Part shown: positions 61,826-64,000 of the stretch, piece after piece
How positions within the stretch are numbered: the first letter of the stretch is position 1
How the letters are laid out: each line of letters begins with the position of its first letter
Assembly: GCA_028534125.1 (NCBI GenBank)
Contig: CM052817.1
Span: 10,666,001 to 10,730,000 of the forward strand
DNA length: 64,000 nucleotides
Source of the DNA: Lama glama
Taxonomy: Eukaryota
Direction: 5' to 3'
Notes under the pieces: generated by a model
Seen by the model: the letters and a program-made list of their open reading frames with translations, nothing else
Told to the model about the DNA's origin: nothing
Database searches by the model: none
Made by a program: the position numbers and the translations under genes

Positions 61826-62616
61826 AGCCATCATTAAAAAGTCTACATTAATAAATACTGGAGAGGCTGTGGAGAAAAGGGAACCCTCTTGCACTGTTGG
61901 TGGGAATGTAAATGGTGCAGCCACTATGGAGGACAACATGGAGGTTCCGTAAAAAACTAAAAATAGACTTACCATGCGATCCAGCAATCCCACTCCTGGG
62001 CATATATCCAAAGGAAACTCTATTTCGATAGGATACATGCACCCCAATGTTCATAGCAGCACTATTCACAATAGCCAAGCCATGGAAGCAACATAAGTGT
62101 CCATCAGCAGATGACTGGATAAAGAAGATGTGGGGGGGGGTGTGTGTGTATATATATACACATACATAATGGGCTATTACTCGGCCATAAAAAGAATGAA
62201 ATAATGCCACTTGCAGCAACATGGATGGACCTAGAGATTATTATACTACGTGAACTAAGTCAGACAGAGAAAGACCAATATCATATGATATCACTCATAT
62301 GTGGAATCCAAAACAGTGATACAAATGAACTTGTCTGCAAAACAGAAACAGACCCATAAACATAGAAAACAAATTTATGGTTGCCAAAGGGGGAAGGGGA
62401 GTGGAGAGGTAAGTTAGGAGTTTGGGATTAACAGGTATTACTATATATAAAATAGATAAACAACAAGGACTTACTGATTAGCATAGGGAACTATATTCAA
62501 TATCTTTTAATAAACTACAATGGAAAAGAATATACGTGTGTGTGTGTGTATAACCAAATCGCTTTGCTGTACACCTGAAACTAACATAGTCTTAAATCAA
62601 CTATACTTCAATTAAC
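61826..62616 (+). mobile_element. 5'-truncated LINE-1 (ORF2 C-terminus plus 3'UTR)
   Basis: gtggagaaaagggaaccctcttgcactgttggtgggaatgtaaa...[20 protein letters not shown]...ctatacttcaatt. TSD aaatcaattttgt (61813-61825) / aaatcaattctgt (62617-62629). Confidence 0.95.
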
Positions 62617-62924
62617 AAATCAATTCTGTTATAAAAATGGAAACCAAGTGTAGAAGCATGTAGCGCATGAGACATATTATGCACAGACAGAGTAAGTAGA
62701 ATGTATGTGTATTAAATGTAACTAAAATGAATGGAACAAATGGTGGAATGACCGTCAGTGGGGAAAGGGAGAAAATACGAAAACTGCTTAACCCAGAATC
62801 TGGGGAAGTGGCCCTTCTACCCCCACGTGCATGCACCCTGTCCTAAGTGTGCTAACCTATACCATCTCTTTTCCATTGCATCTCACTGAATTTTTTAAAT
62901 TGATCAAATACATGAATTCAAGGA

Positions 62925-63320
62925 CAGGTTTTCCTCGCTATCTGAAAGCAGAGCGTTCCTGTGAGAACTTTCCTAAGCTGAAAGAAGAAATTACCTTAGG
63001 ACACACCCTGCTAGTGGATGCACAAAATCGCGACGGAGCACAGACGCTCACAGACACAGTTCAAAGCCATGGCGGATTGATGCTGAGATGCCGAGCGCAG
63101 TTCCGGGGGAAGGTGCCGCCTTCGCTGCTTCGGGATGTGCACTGCCTCCGTAACGGCTCCCTGCAAAACAGACACTGAACCCTATTTTTGCTTCTTGCCT
63201 TTTATGGAAAAAGTGAAATCCTCTTTGGATTCCCTTCGGTTAGTGAAAACAGACGCTAACGCAGGTCTTTCATAAAAGCCAAGTGGCGTGAAGCAGACTT
63301 CAGAAAATCAAGGGCTACCT
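62925..63320. mobile_element. TcMar/Tigger-like non-autonomous DNA transposon
   Basis: Imperfect terminal inverted repeats caggttttcctcgctatctgaaag / cttcagaaaatcaagggctacct(ta); ~400 bp; CpG-rich. Confidence 0.6.
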
Positions 63321-63894
63321 TACCTTAATTTGGTCTCTTAGCCTCCTCGTTCTGTGACCTCTGGGACAGCCTACCTGGCATTGTCCTTGAGGCCACCGTG
63401 GCATCAAGCTCATTTCCTACACAGCACCTGCCAGCGTATCCAGCTCACTCTGCATTCCCTATCATCACTGCCCCAGGCCCTAACCCTGCGGGTGCCTACT
63501 GGAAAAGGATAACTTTCTGAAAGAGGATATTCCCCCCTAAAAATAACTCCTGCTGGAACTTTTGGTTCTATACAATGTCTGATTTTGGATCTTCATTTAC
63601 ATCAAAGATATATAAACTTGAGTCAGCATTTAAGCCACAAGCACAGCATAAGCTACTTAAAAAAGCTGTCAGAATGATGTGGGTCCCTGCTCCACCCACA
63701 CAGCTCCAGACCCCTGCACTGGGATCAGCAGCTGCCCGGGAAGCCTCAGGTACCACATCTGAGAACTGGGGATGATTTTGTTACCTCTGGCTTTCCTGCC
63801 TGGGGGCGGGCAGGGAAGAAACAAAATACAGCTAACTCCTCTACTCCATTAACCCTGCGCCTGCTGCTGCAGCAGTCTGGGGAGGCAGACCTTT

Positions 63895-64000
63895 GAATTA
63901 TCCTCATTTCACAGAATGAAAAACTGAGTCTCTGGGAGGTGAAATGGCTTGCCCAAGGTCACACAGCAGGATCTGGGGAGAGCTGGGATTTGAACCTCGG
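63895..64000 (-). mobile_element. MIR SINE (runs off the window)
   Basis: ctcatttcacagaatgaaaaactgag...cttgcccaaggtcacacagc...ctgggatttgaacc. Confidence 0.8.

Overview
Mammalian genomic DNA, most likely camelid (inferred from four tRNA-Ala-derived SINEs of Vic-1 type). The only recognisable protein-coding sequence is the first coding exon of LDB2 (LIM domain-binding protein 2) on the minus strand (14441->14310, MSSTPHDPFYSSPFGPFYRRHTPY...RTE, donor GAG|GTAAGT). Bases 1-14309 are LDB2 intron 1, ~14442-15100 are 5'UTR and promoter, and the remaining ~49 kb is gene-free upstream DNA. That DNA is rich in old repeats: L1, L2, MIR, MLT1/MLT2/LTR16/MER74/MER34/MER21-like LTRs, a decayed ERV-L gag-pol remnant and Tigger/hAT MITEs. 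There is a 500-N gap at 47324-47823. Most notable observation: the codons for the LDB2 N-terminus also read as a polypyrimidine tract plus TAG acceptor, and 664 nt upstream a GTGAGT donor closes a phase-compatible 42-nt exon (or 71-nt ATG-bearing exon). This predicts an alternative in-frame N-terminus that would also bypass two uORFs. Repeat family names are by-eye recognition and most repeat boundaries are approximate. No prokaryote-type system (CRISPR etc.) is present.
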